Shown here: positions 37,108-46,968 of the stretch, in pieces
Layout: each line of letters begins with the position of its first letter
Numbering within the stretch: the first letter of the stretch is position 1
Position numbers and translations under genes: made by a program
Notes under the pieces: generated by a model
What the model was told of the DNA's origin: nothing
The model's database searches: none
Seen by the model: only the letters and a program-made list of their open reading frames with translations
Source of the DNA: a virus
DNA: 64,000 bases
Virus record (IMG/VR): IMGVR_UViG_3300032893_000013
Coordinates: 32,001-96,000 of that record
Direction: 5' to 3' (one strand)

Positions 37108-38716
37108 AGAAGAGGAACGAGAAGAGCGTCGGAAACAACTTGCAGAAACTTACGCAAACCTTGTAGATGACGGGATCTTTTTCCCGTCTCGCGCCGATCT
37201 CCGAACTCAAGGCGTCACTGTTGATACTGTTCGACACCATTTTGGAACTCTGTCAAAGCTTCGACAAACCGCGAAAACTCTGTTTCCAGAGTCTTTCACC
37301 GGCAGCATCAATCTTGAAGAATACCTGTCAGAAAAAAATCTGAAAAGAATTCACAAGAGCATTAAGTCTCACAAGAGATTCGTCATTACGACAGCCGTTG
37401 CAGGACAACCCCTTCATGATGGATTTTTGAACTCCATCCGTCGCTATTGCGACATGAACAAAGCCAAGTTGCTGATCCTTCCGTCGCACGATCCGGCTCA
37501 CAATCTGGACAATGAGATTGATTGGCACTTCGATCCTCGAATCATTGAGGAAGACATCATCTTTGAAGAGACTCAGCTAAACTCAAATCTGTTCATCAGC
37601 GAGATTCGCGTTACCGCCAAACAGATCAACCCCGTCACCGGACTGTCTGAAATTTCTCAAAATAAAGGCAGTTTCATCTTCGCTTCTCCCAAACAAAGCC
37701 TTGAGTTTGACGCTGTGTCGGCTAACAAGCTCCCGCACGCTCGTATGAGCACCGGGGCCATTACGATGCCAAACTACAAAACGACACGAGGAAATAGCCT
37801 GCGCACGGGCTATTTGGCAACTTTTCAACACGTAATGGGCGCCTTAATCGTTGAAGTGAAGGACGAGAACATCTATCATTTCCGTCAAATCCAGATGGGC
37901 AAAGACGGCTCATTTTGTGACCTTGGAAAAGAATACTCACCTACTGGTGTCCGGAAAGTGACTCCAAAATTGGTCATGGGCGATTACCACGCTGGCGAGC
38001 ATGACGATACAGCCGTAGGCGCTTGGATTGAGATGATTCGAGCCATGGAAATCGAAGAAGTCATGTTCCACGATATGTTCAATGGCGTATCGGTGAACCC
38101 CCACGAAGAAGATGACATCATCCTCAAGACTGAGCGTGCGGCCCTTGGATTGAACAGTATCGAAACCGAAATGAAGATTACCTCATCTGAGTTTGATCGA
38201 ATCTTAGGTCAGCCCAGCGTGAAGCGGGGAGTGGTCATTAAGTCGAATCACGATGACTTCATTGACCGCTGGCTCCGCAAAGGAAAATTTGCAAAAGATC
38301 CAATCAACTTCAAGTTCGGCTGTAGATTGGCCGTGGAAGTCGTTGGAACGAAAAAAGATTTCTTCAACGAAGGTCTGAAACTCGTCGGCGTGCCTAAGCA
38401 TTACGGTAAGTTGAAATGGCTGAGCGTTGATGAAGATTATGTGATTGGCGGCATCAATTGTGGCGCCCACGGAGATCGCGGAGCAAACGGTGCTCGTGGC
38501 GGTATCAGAGGATTGGCAAAAGCCTATCCGAAATGCGTCGTAGGCCATTCACATACGCCTGGAATCTATCGTGGAGTCTTCCAGGTAGGAACGACCAGCA
38601 AGTTGCGTCTGGGATACAACAAAGGCCCGTCATCGTGGGTTCATTGTTCGTGTCTTGTGTATGACAATGGTCAGCGTCAGTTGATTAACTCAATCGGCGG
38701 ACAGTGGCATCTGTAA
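37064..38716 (+). CDS. T5 A1-like metallophosphoesterase/nuclease
   Basis: GDYH, HDMFNG, SNHD, HGDRGANGARG and GHSHTP motifs. Confidence 0.75.
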   Translation: MAKLKKTPKVQQRSKEEEREERRKQLAETYANLVDDGIFFPSRADLRTQGVTVDTVRHHFGTLSKLRQTAKTLFPESFTGSINLEEYLSEKNLKRIHKSIKSHKRFVITTAVAGQPLHDGFLNSIRRYCDMNKAKLLILPSHDPAHNLDNEIDWHFDPRIIEEDIIFEETQLNSNLFISEIRVTAKQINPVTGLSEISQNKGSFIFASPKQSLEFDAVSANKLPHARMSTGAITMPNYKTTRGNSLRTGYLATFQHVMGALIVEVKDENIYHFRQIQMGKDGSFCDLGKEYSPTGVRKVTPKLVMGDYHAGEHDDTAVGAWIEMIRAMEIEEVMFHDMFNGVSVNPHEEDDIILKTERAALGLNSIETEMKITSSEFDRILGQPSVKRGVVIKSNHDDFIDRWLRKGKFAKDPINFKFGCRLAVEVVGTKKDFFNEGLKLVGVPKHYGKLKWLSVDEDYVIGGINCGAHGDRGANGARGGIRGLAKAYPKCVVGHSHTPGIYRGVFQVGTTSKLRLGYNKGPSSWVHCSCLVYDNGQRQLINSIGGQWHL

Positions 38717-38723
38717 ATCGTAG

Positions 38724-39074
38724 ATGAAGCGAATAAAAGGCCACGGTTGGGGCCATGCGATGAAAAAACACAATAGGCACCATCAAAGACGCAGCGGTGA
38801 TGAGTCTGAGGAAAACCTACGGGGAAGACTCAGAGAAGCCGAAAAAGCACTTGAAAGGGAACGGCGCTATAGTCGCTCCTTGGAAAAGAGACTCGCCCAA
38901 AAGCGAGATGTGAAAGAAAGAACTGAACATGAGCCGAAGCCCGAACCGATACTGGATTGTCCAAACTGCGGTAAGGGGCGCTTGATTGAGCAAAAAATTT
39001 ACAGCCCTACGAAGGAAATCATCTGGGCTGTCTGTAACAATGAGGCGTGCAAACACCGTGAAAGAAGAAAATGA
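38724..39074 (+). CDS. Coiled-coil plus Zn-ribbon protein
   Basis: CPNC...CNNEAC. Confidence 0.7.
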   Translation: MKRIKGHGWGHAMKKHNRHHQRRSGDESEENLRGRLREAEKALERERRYSRSLEKRLAQKRDVKERTEHEPKPEPILDCPNCGKGRLIEQKIYSPTKEIIWAVCNNEACKHRERRK

Positions 39075-39077
39075 CAA

Positions 39078-39479
39078 ATGTCTTGGCTACCAACCGACGT
39101 GGAATATCGCATCAAGGTCATCGAGAAAGAGATCGAGAGAGCTTATGCGCAGATCCCCGTCTTTGAACTTGGCATAAGAGAGGAACAGAAAGACCTGGAC
39201 CTTCAATGGATTTATCGTCAGACTTTGATAGAAGCGATTGCCTTTCTCAAAGCTCAAGGCCCCACGGCAGTTTCTCTTTCCGAATACAAGAATATACTGG
39301 TAGACTTAGCCATAACCGACCAGACGATCACTCAAAAGCAAACGGCCATCACGAACATAACCAAGGCTTTAGGTGAGAAAAAACGAGAGATTGAGCACAT
39401 GAAGAACAGCATAGTAAGACTTACAATGACCAACAGGCGAGGCGTACTGCTCGACTTTAGGAAGAAAAATGAGCGTTGA
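39078..39479 (+). CDS. Hypothetical coiled-coil protein
   Basis: In operon. Confidence 0.7.
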   Translation: MSWLPTDVEYRIKVIEKEIERAYAQIPVFELGIREEQKDLDLQWIYRQTLIEAIAFLKAQGPTAVSLSEYKNILVDLAITDQTITQKQTAITNITKALGEKKREIEHMKNSIVRLTMTNRRGVLLDFRKKNER

Positions 39480-39690
39480 GAAAGAAGAAGTCAAATCTCG
39501 TGTCTTGAGTGAGCCGGACTTCATCAACTCCAAGAAGTACCGCTACAGCCTAGACCGATACCTCAAGAACAATCCTACGTCGCCGGACAACATCATCGCA
39601 CACCTTTTGTGCATGAGCGAAGAAGATGTGAAAAAAGTATTCGAGGGTGCCGTCGTAAAGATTAGACAGTTCATGAAGGTTGAGGTATAG
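39469..39690 (+). CDS. Small HTH protein (sigma region-4-like)
   Basis: NIIAHLLCMSEEDVKKVFEGAVVKIR. Confidence 0.55.
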   Translation: MSVEKEEVKSRVLSEPDFINSKKYRYSLDRYLKNNPTSPDNIIAHLLCMSEEDVKKVFEGAVVKIRQFMKVEV

Positions 39691-39698
39691 TCGAACGC

Positions 39699-42600
39699 AT
39701 GTGTACTGACAGACAAATAGTAGGCCCTCACAATCATCCGCTTTCTCTCGACTCTGGAAACTCAGTCAAACAATTCATTCGTGCTGCCGCAAAAGACTTC
39801 GGTCGTAGTGCAATTGCCATCACAGATCACGGCACTCTCGGTGCCATCATCGAAGCGCACGACTACACCAAAGAACTCAAGAAAAAAGAAAATCTCGACA
39901 TCAAGATCATTCCCGGCGTTGAACTCTATCTCCTGCCAGGATCTGACGATGATTCAGGCGAGTCGTATTACCACGTCACGGTACACTTCAATGATTTCGA
40001 TTCTTACCTCGATGCCTGCAAGCTGTCTAAACCCAGCTTTGAGCGTGCCATTTGGAAAGGTGCGGAATTCAAGCCGTTGACCACTTGGGAAGAACTTGAA
40101 ACCTTATCTGGCAAAGTCACACTGTTCTCATCATGCCTTGTAGGTGCGGTACTCAGACCGTGGCTTAAAAATCGGAAAGACATAAGTGAAAGAAATTTCG
40201 TCCGCCTCATGCGAATCGCCGGAGCCGGTCGGTACTTTGGCGAAATCTTCCCCTATGAAGTGAGCAAAAACTGGAATTCGCAAAAGAAAATTTTCGAGCA
40301 AATCGCACCAAGCGAATGCTCCGCGACTGGCCAGCTTCAGGTTGACGCAAACCGATGGATCATCCATTTATGCCAGAAGTACAACATACCGATGGTTATA
40401 TCGGAAGATGCCCATTATGCCCACGAGGAAGACAAGTTCATTCAGGACGCCCGCCTAAACAAAGACGGAAAATCGACCTGGAAAATGTCCGACGCAAACT
40501 GCCTGCACAATAGCGAATGGCTTTACAAGGAACTAAAGCGCATTCATCCAGAATTCATGAACGAAAAAGTCTTCAATGAAATGGTGGACAACTCGTACAG
40601 GTTCCTGGAGAATTTCAAAGGATTCGATCCAAAGTTCAAGCCAGCACTTCCAAAAGTGTTCGTTGAACGGCTTAATTCACAAGGGCAGATCGTAAAAGAA
40701 GAGCCGAAGAGCGACGATGAATTGACTCAATGGGTTCTAGGTCTTGTCGTTAAAAAAGGCCGCATCAATCTGGCCGATCCCATCTATGCTGCGCGCTTAA
40801 ACAAAGAAATTCATCAGTTGGCCTACAACGGCAAAGTGAACATCCTTCCTTACATGCTGACTTTGAATACGATTGTCGATTTCTGCGAAGCCAACGATAT
40901 TCTCATTGGTCCTGGTCGTGGATCTGCTGCCGGATGTCTCTTGGCATACGCTCTGGGCATTACTTCTGTCGATCCAATCAAAGAAGACCTTAGTTTTGAG
41001 CGTTTCTTCGATGTTACCCGCGTGGAAGAGGGTTTGGCCGACATAGACACGGATTTCAGCGACCGAGAAGCTGTCGTGGCGTTCATCAAGCAGCATTGGG
41101 GAGATAATTTTGCGTTTTTAGGAATCGGCACTACTTTCAAGACAAAATCTGCTCTCAAAGACATTGACCGCTTCATAAATGGTGAAGTTCGCAAAGAAAC
41201 CGAAGACGTTTGCAAAACAATCGGCCTTACTCCTCAAGGAGTCGAGGAAGAGAAGTTTTTGAACGGATACAACGACGCAGATGGCGTTTACCACGAGGGC
41301 GAACTCGAACGCAACGAAAAATTGCGCGCATTTCTCGAAGTCAATCCTCAGATCAAAGAAAATATGTTCAAAATGGTCGGAATCGTGCGTCAAATGGGCC
41401 GTCACGCTGCCGGAGTGCTGATTGCTGACCGTCCAGTCCATAGTTTCATCCCGATCATGAAAATTAGTGACGAACCCACCACTCAATTGCTGCCCAAATG
41501 GGTAGAAAAATGCGGCGGCGTCAAATACGACATTCTCGGCGTGAGTACGCTCAACGACATTCGCCTTTGCCTCAAATTCATCAAGCAACGCACCGGAAAA
41601 GTCATTGATCCGTGGAAAATTGAAGATTCTCAAGACTTTTGGGAAGCCTGTGCCAATGAACCATCGACGGTTTTCCAACTTCATACGGATACCGTGCGCC
41701 CTGGCCTTCAAACTATGCGCCCTAAGAGCGTTCAGCAGGCCGCAATCTTGACTTCCGTTTACAGACCTGGCGCTATGGATGCCCCTTCGGACGAAGATCC
41801 GACAAAAATGATGTCAACGATCTTTTTGGAGCGTTGGACAGGCCAAAGGCCGGTAAATTACGTCCATCCAGAGCTTGAGCCGATTCTTAGCCCGACAAAA
41901 GGCATCATCGTCTATCAGGAACAGATCATGCGCATTGTTCATGAACTTGGCGGCCTCACGATGCCAGAAACAAACAAGTTGCGGAAGGCAATTTCCAAAA
42001 AAGCCGGTGACGATCTACTCAACATGCTTGCCCGCGTGAAGGAAAACCTTACAAAACGTGGATGGACCGAAAAACAGGCCCAAACTACTGTCGATCAGAT
42101 GAAGGCGTCCGGTCGATACTGCTTCAACAAGTCTCATGCCGTGTCTTACTGCTATATCGCACGCGCTTGCGCCTACCTGAAGTACCATTATCCTATGGAA
42201 TGGTGGACAGCCGTCCTCAGTAATGCCAGCAAAGACGATCTACAGGCATATTGGCAACGTGTTTCCAAGTTGACGCTTCCTCCAGACATCAACAACTCAA
42301 CGGAACTCTTCCAAATTGTCCAAAGAGACGGTTCAGAGCGAATTTTGTCGCCCTTGACGCTAATCGAAGGTGTCGGAGCCGCCGTAATGACTGAAATTTT
42401 ACGCGCACGACCATTCAATTCACTCGAAGATATGATGACAAAGGTCAGTCGGCGCATCGTAAACAAGGGACCGATGATAAAACTCATCATCAGCGGCACT
42501 TTGGACGCATTTTTCCCCGCCGAAGCCAAAGATTACGAGAAAATTCAGATATATCTGAACAAAAAAGCTGAACTAGAGGGCAAAGGATCGCCAGAATCAG

Positions 42601-43178
42601 TGCCGATGGAGTACATCGAAACCACTCCTTTGAAAAATTTCCTCCTCAAGAAGAGCGTTTTCAAGGTTTACTCAGACAATGTGAAAAATTTAGCCATGCC
42701 CAAGCTGTCCGCTCAAGGAAAGGCGACACAAGTTGGCGCTTCAGGCGTGTTCATGTACAACTCGAATCCGCGCCGCTCCATCGTCTCTGTAAAAATGTTA
42801 GAAAAGTTGATCGACAGCACTGAAGTTTGCAAGATCGCCGTCATAGGATATGTTGTTGACACCGAAACCAAGTTGTTTCATAATAACACCAAGTCTCGCC
42901 TGATTGCCTCTATTGAAGTTGAGAACAAAGTTTTTGATTTCATCAAGTGGCCCGATTGGGGATCATCCCATCACGGAGTAGATCAAGACATTACCGAAAG
43001 CGTTTGCGTGTTTTTATTGTCGCGCAGACGGCCAGGAGATGATCTTTTCATTGATGGAATAGACGTTTTAGAAAACCTCGACTTCTTAAAGGAGAAGACA
43101 GATGGAAGTACCGACACTGGCAAGCCTAAAGGCAGAGCTAAAGCAGCTAAAAGAACTTCTGGCGATAAATCTACATAA
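39699..43178 (+). CDS. dnaE: DNA polymerase III alpha subunit (family C)
   Basis: PHP AITDHG, GPGRGSAAG, FERF, DIDTDF, HAAGV, KYDILG, YQEQIM, FNKSHA. Confidence 0.97.
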   Translation: MCTDRQIVGPHNHPLSLDSGNSVKQFIRAAAKDFGRSAIAITDHGTLGAIIEAHDYTKELKKKENLDIKIIPGVELYLLPGSDDDSGESYYHVTVHFNDFDSYLDACKLSKPSFERAIWKGAEFKPLTTWEELETLSGKVTLFSSCLVGAVLRPWLKNRKDISERNFVRLMRIAGAGRYFGEIFPYEVSKNWNSQKKIFEQIAPSECSATGQLQVDANRWIIHLCQKYNIPMVISEDAHYAHEEDKFIQDARLNKDGKSTWKMSDANCLHNSEWLYKELKRIHPEFMNEKVFNEMVDNSYRFLENFKGFDPKFKPALPKVFVERLNSQGQIVKEEPKSDDELTQWVLGLVVKKGRINLADPIYAARLNKEIHQLAYNGKVNILPYMLTLNTIVDFCEANDILIGPGRGSAAGCLLAYALGITSVDPIKEDLSFERFFDVTRVEEGLADIDTDFSDREAVVAFIKQHWGDNFAFLGIGTTFKTKSALKDIDRFINGEVRKETEDVCKTIGLTPQGVEEEKFLNGYNDADGVYHEGELERNEKLRAFLEVNPQIKENMFKMVGIVRQMGRHAAGVLIADRPVHSFIPIMKISDEPTTQLLPKWVEKCGGVKYDILGVSTLNDIRLCLKFIKQRTGKVIDPWKIEDSQDFWEACANEPSTVFQLHTDTVRPGLQTMRPKSVQQAAILTSVYRPGAMDAPSDEDPTKMMSTIFLERWTGQRPVNYVHPELEPILSPTKGIIVYQEQIMRIVHELGGLTMPETNKLRKAISKKAGDDLLNMLARVKENLTKRGWTEKQAQTTVDQMKASGRYCFNKSHAVSYCYIARACAYLKYHYPMEWWTAVLSNASKDDLQAYWQRVSKLTLPPDINNSTELFQIVQRDGSERILSPLTLIEGVGAAVMTEILRARPFNSLEDMMTKVSRRIVNKGPMIKLIISGTLDAFFPAEAKDYEKIQIYLNKKAELEGKGSPESVPMEYIETTPLKNFLLKKSVFKVYSDNVKNLAMPKLSAQGKATQVGASGVFMYNSNPRRSIVSVKMLEKLIDSTEVCKIAVIGYVVDTETKLFHNNTKSRLIASIEVENKVFDFIKWPDWGSSHHGVDQDITESVCVFLLSRRRPGDDLFIDGIDVLENLDFLKEKTDGSTDTGKPKGRAKAAKRTSGDKST

Positions 43179-44022
43179 CTGGGACATTCGCACCAAGGCC
43201 GGAATGCAAGGCCGACAGAACGCTGCCAAGATTCGCGTTGAAGAAATCGAATCTTCTTTAGGCTATTACATCCTGAAAAATTCAGCCGTTGTTCTCTTGA
43301 TGAGAGATTACGCCGAATCCGGAACTGTGATCGAAAGTGCCAAGAAGAATCCATCAGCCAACATCGTCCTCGATGCGCTCATGATCGAGAAAAAGATGTT
43401 CCAACAGGTTTTCGGCAATCAACGAACCCAAGTCTACACCTACAACTCTGATGTAGTGAACCGCATGAACATTCTGATGTCTGAAATCGGAATGAAGATT
43501 GAAGCCCTGTCTCTGCCGATCATTATGGCCGAAGCAAAATACTTCGGAACGACCAAATCACGCGAGGAGATGATCCTTCGCATGGAGCGCGTTTTGTACG
43601 AAACGTACCACGACGAATTGAAACTCCATTTCTTCCGCTCACTCATCATGGATGAAATTGCCACTCGTTTTGACCGAGATGCAGTGAACATCGTGATCGC
43701 CAACGTGAATCCGAACATGGTGCGCGCATTCAGTTCGTACTCTGACAACACGCAAATCATGTCCAACGATGGAATTGTTTCAAAAGGGAAACGTTCACCC
43801 GCTCCTGCTCCTGTTGAAAAAACTACAGAGCCAGAAGCACCCGCTCAAACGGCACCACAAGTCACCGGACCAGTATTGAATCGACTTTCCGTTGAAGGAA
43901 ATACTTCTCCAGTCGTGAAGAAACCTTACACGGGTGCAAAGCGCGGAAGAAAGACGAACGAAGAGCGCGCTGCCCGAGCCGCTGCTGAAACAAAAAAAGA
44001 TTCGGGATTGACAGAACAATAG
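43102..44022 (+). CDS. Hypothetical protein with basic AT-hook-like tail
   Basis: AGGAG RBS; C-terminal KRGRK. Confidence 0.75.
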   Translation: MEVPTLASLKAELKQLKELLAINLHNWDIRTKAGMQGRQNAAKIRVEEIESSLGYYILKNSAVVLLMRDYAESGTVIESAKKNPSANIVLDALMIEKKMFQQVFGNQRTQVYTYNSDVVNRMNILMSEIGMKIEALSLPIIMAEAKYFGTTKSREEMILRMERVLYETYHDELKLHFFRSLIMDEIATRFDRDAVNIVIANVNPNMVRAFSSYSDNTQIMSNDGIVSKGKRSPAPAPVEKTTEPEAPAQTAPQVTGPVLNRLSVEGNTSPVVKKPYTGAKRGRKTNEERAARAAAETKKDSGLTEQ

Positions 44023-44036
44023 TTCTGTATTATTTT
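44008..44036 (+). promoter_or_regulatory. sigma70 promoter with palindromic operator
   Basis: TTGACA-N17-TATTTT overlapped by ACAGAAC-AATA-GTTCTGT (44011-44028). Confidence 0.6.
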
Positions 44037-44084
44037 GAGATAGTCATTAACCACAGGCTTTTATGCCACTGAAAGGAAGAACTT

Positions 44085-45173
44085 ATGTCAGGAACTGGAA
44101 CATACAATCCGCGAGCACTTGATGGATTTCCAAAAAAGAATCGTTTCTACCTCAAAGACGGTAGCAACATCTTTCGCGTTTTGCCGCCCTTCGGCTCTTT
44201 GAAAAACGACGGGATCGTTGCAAAATACTGGGCAGTCTATTGGCTTCCCACTACAAAAAAGAATCGCAAAGGTGAAGACATCTCCTTTCCGGTCCCTTCC
44301 ATGCTTGAGATGACGAAAGACAAAAAGATCATCACTCCCGATCCTATCTACGACAAAGTTCAGAATCTCACCAAGAGTCTGGAAGCTATGAAAGCCGGGA
44401 AGCAACATCCTGAAGCCGTCATCACCGCTCTCGAAGAGCGTTTGAAAAAGCTCCAACTCGACAAAGCGTACTACCTCAATGTGATCTCGCCCGCAGGTGA
44501 GATTGGCTCTCTGAAACTTCGCTACACCGCTTTCCAAGCTCTCAAGGAAAAACTGCGCGATCTTGAGAAACTCAGCATTGATCCGATCAACATTGGTGTC
44601 GGCGTCTACTTTGACTTCAAAAAAGGCAAAGATGACAAAGGCAAAACGGTGTACACCGTCGATATTCACCAAAAAACCTCCCGTGATCCCCAAACTGGCG
44701 GCTTCAAAACTGAGATCGTTGAAGCTCGAATCGACAATTCGATCCTTGACCGCATGGAAAAGGAAGCGTTTGACCTTGCCACTCTCTACAAGCGTTTGAC
44801 GGTAGAAGAGCAAGCAATGGCCGCAAGTCTCGATCCGGTTGTCATTGAGCGCCTCTTTGCGCGCCCGGAAGATAGCGAACAAGAGCAAGTCTATGTGGAT
44901 GAAGAAGAGCAAGAGCTTAAAGCCAACGCTCCGGCAGCTACAACTGCCGCACCCGTTCAGACAGCCGCCGCAGTCCAACAAACTGCCACGACTCCTGCAC
45001 CGGCTCCAGCCGCTACGACACAAGCTCCGGCAGCAACTCCTGCGCCTCAAGCTCAGGCTCCCGCTGCCCCTGTTGGCGGTCCCGCTCCGAACGCTGCCGT
45101 GAATGCCGGTAGCGCCGATTTCAACGACTACGTGAAGAAGTTCCTCCAAACTGGCGGCCAGCCACAAGGCTAA
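44085..45173 (+). CDS. Putative ssDNA-binding protein (gp32-like)
   Basis: LKDGSNIFRVLPP, DPINIGVGVYFDFKK...YTVD, Ala/Pro tail; upstream of recA. Confidence 0.65.
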   Translation: MSGTGTYNPRALDGFPKKNRFYLKDGSNIFRVLPPFGSLKNDGIVAKYWAVYWLPTTKKNRKGEDISFPVPSMLEMTKDKKIITPDPIYDKVQNLTKSLEAMKAGKQHPEAVITALEERLKKLQLDKAYYLNVISPAGEIGSLKLRYTAFQALKEKLRDLEKLSIDPINIGVGVYFDFKKGKDDKGKTVYTVDIHQKTSRDPQTGGFKTEIVEARIDNSILDRMEKEAFDLATLYKRLTVEEQAMAASLDPVVIERLFARPEDSEQEQVYVDEEEQELKANAPAATTAAPVQTAAAVQQTATTPAPAPAATTQAPAATPAPQAQAPAAPVGGPAPNAAVNAGSADFNDYVKKFLQTGGQPQG

Positions 45174-45176
45174 GAA

Positions 45177-45710
45177 GTGTCCGACATCATTCAAAATAAT
45201 CTTGGATTGACAGAAAACAGCCTCATCATCCCTCGCGGGAAGGTGGGGCTTGATCCGATGAAAATTGAATTGAAAGATATTCATGACATCGAAGCGCGCA
45301 TTCCGGAAATCCAACGATCTACTCCCATTACGCTCCCCGATCTTGTGACTCAGTTCACCCTTGGCATCCTTAAAATGTCCAAAATTTTAGCCATGGTTGA
45401 GCTTGAAGTGAGAGATGCCAAAAGAACTCTTGAGCGTGCGAGAGCAGTGGCTCTTCTCGAACGTGCAGAATTTACATTAGCCCAAAAGAAAGTGAAGTCC
45501 TCTACGGACACCCGAGAGGCCGCTTTGGCTCTCGATCCTGACGTTCAGACCGCCAATGACCGTCTTGATTGTCTGATCGCAATTCAGACCTTTCTCAATG
45601 GCAAAAACAACGCTCTTGAGATGGCCTATCACGGCGCCAAGAAAATTTGCGATGTCTTCATTAAAACTCCATCTTCGCCTCTCTATGCTGGCGAAAAATT
45701 TCAGGAATAA
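45177..45710 (+). CDS. Putative recombination mediator (UvsY-like)
   Basis: Helical, STDTREAALALDPDV; between SSB and RecA. Confidence 0.5.
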   Translation: MSDIIQNNLGLTENSLIIPRGKVGLDPMKIELKDIHDIEARIPEIQRSTPITLPDLVTQFTLGILKMSKILAMVELEVRDAKRTLERARAVALLERAEFTLAQKKVKSSTDTREAALALDPDVQTANDRLDCLIAIQTFLNGKNNALEMAYHGAKKICDVFIKTPSSPLYAGEKFQE

Positions 45711-45713
45711 CCT

Positions 45714-46832
45714 ATGGCAAAAAAGGAAGAAAAAATGAACAATCTCGAACCATCCCCATTTTCAGGCGAAGGCAAGGCAAAACTTAAAGCTGAAGCTACA
45801 GTCGAAACTCCGAAAAAGAAAGACTGGCTGTCGATGCTCCAGAAGGATGCAGACAAGCTGGTGATTGGAAGCCGCGATCCTTGGACCGCTCACTTCCCAA
45901 GCCCCGGCCTGAACTATTTGTTCGGTAAGGAACAGGGAATGAGAGCCGGATATTCACTCCTCCTCTATGGCCCTCCCAAATCTGGCAAATCACTCCTGGC
46001 TTTTGCCGCTGCTGGTCAACTTCACAAAGAAGATCCGGAAGCCATCGTCCTGCACTTCGACACCGAATACCGCGACAACGTGGACACTTGGGTAGAAGTT
46101 TTCGGAATCGACAAAAAGCGTTGGCGTTCATTCCAGACGAACAATCCGGTGGACATCTTCGATTACATCGCCACGACCGTAAAAGCGATGCTCCAAGAGG
46201 GTGCTCCGATCAAAATGATTATCATTGACTCTCTGGCGATGATTAACTATCCCAAAGAAGCCAACAAGAAACAGAGTACAAACTTCGTCATCGGCGACGC
46301 CGGAGCATATCTGAGCGGTGCGATGAAAATGATTATCCCCGTCATGCGATCTTTCAAAGTTGCCATGATCTTTTGTCAACACGTCCGTCAAAACATGGAC
46401 CCCGATACAAAAGACTGGCGCGAGTGGATCATCCCTGGAGGCATGGCGCTGAAGCACTCCATTGAATATTGGATGATCGCTCAGAAGATTGAGTCTAAGA
46501 AAACCAAACAATTTGACAGCGACCGCAAAGACGGATCTGGAAACTTGATCCAAACCGGCCACGCCATCCGCGTCAAGATGGAAGAAAACTCACTTGGCCC
46601 TCAAAACCGTGCAGTCGAGATTGACCTGTCCTACACTAGAGGACTCATCAATCAGACTACCGAGATTGCGCAGCTTGCCGTCAACATGGGTATCGTTGAA
46701 ATCAACGGATCTTGGGTGACCTTCAATGGTCAAAAATGGCAGGGAGTGGAAAACTTCGGACTCTTCCTTGAAGGCGATGAAGAGTTGCAGCGCACTTTGA
46801 TGCGACGAATTAAGGAAAATGATCTGACATAG
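45714..46832 (+). CDS. recA: RecA/UvsX recombinase
   Basis: GPPKSGKS, FDTE, IIDSL, PGGMALKH. Confidence 0.92.
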   Translation: MAKKEEKMNNLEPSPFSGEGKAKLKAEATVETPKKKDWLSMLQKDADKLVIGSRDPWTAHFPSPGLNYLFGKEQGMRAGYSLLLYGPPKSGKSLLAFAAAGQLHKEDPEAIVLHFDTEYRDNVDTWVEVFGIDKKRWRSFQTNNPVDIFDYIATTVKAMLQEGAPIKMIIIDSLAMINYPKEANKKQSTNFVIGDAGAYLSGAMKMIIPVMRSFKVAMIFCQHVRQNMDPDTKDWREWIIPGGMALKHSIEYWMIAQKIESKKTKQFDSDRKDGSGNLIQTGHAIRVKMEENSLGPQNRAVEIDLSYTRGLINQTTEIAQLAVNMGIVEINGSWVTFNGQKWQGVENFGLFLEGDEELQRTLMRRIKENDLT

Positions 46833-46912
46833 GGGTGAGCGCCCTTCACGAACGGCTTTCCTGGTGCAAGCCCAGGTGTGTGGGAGTAGCTACCTGCTGA
46901 ACCGTAAACGGC
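46832..46912 (+). ncRNA. Candidate structured ncRNA with T-loop-like and D-loop-like hairpins
   Basis: CCTGG-TGCAAGC-CCAGG and GTGGG-AGTAGCTA-CCTGC flanked by ACGG/CCGT. Confidence 0.55.
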
Positions 46913-46923
46913 CTTCTATGTTC

Positions 46924-46958
46924 ACGCCCTAGAGTTAGCTTCTCTAGGGCGTTGTTGT
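46924..46958 (+). terminator. Intrinsic terminator
   Basis: 11-bp stem ACGCCCTAGAG/CTCTAGGGCGT followed by TGTTGT. Confidence 0.7.
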
Positions 46959-46968
46959 ATGGTGACTG

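Noticed and set aside
44088-45314. 408-aa minus-strand ORF antisense to the SSB gene
   Set aside because: Mirrors the low-complexity Ala/Pro tail; no motifs; opposes the operon direction
46832-46912. Canonical tRNA gene
   Set aside because: No acceptor stem, anticodon arm or TTC loop; hairpin order is reversed
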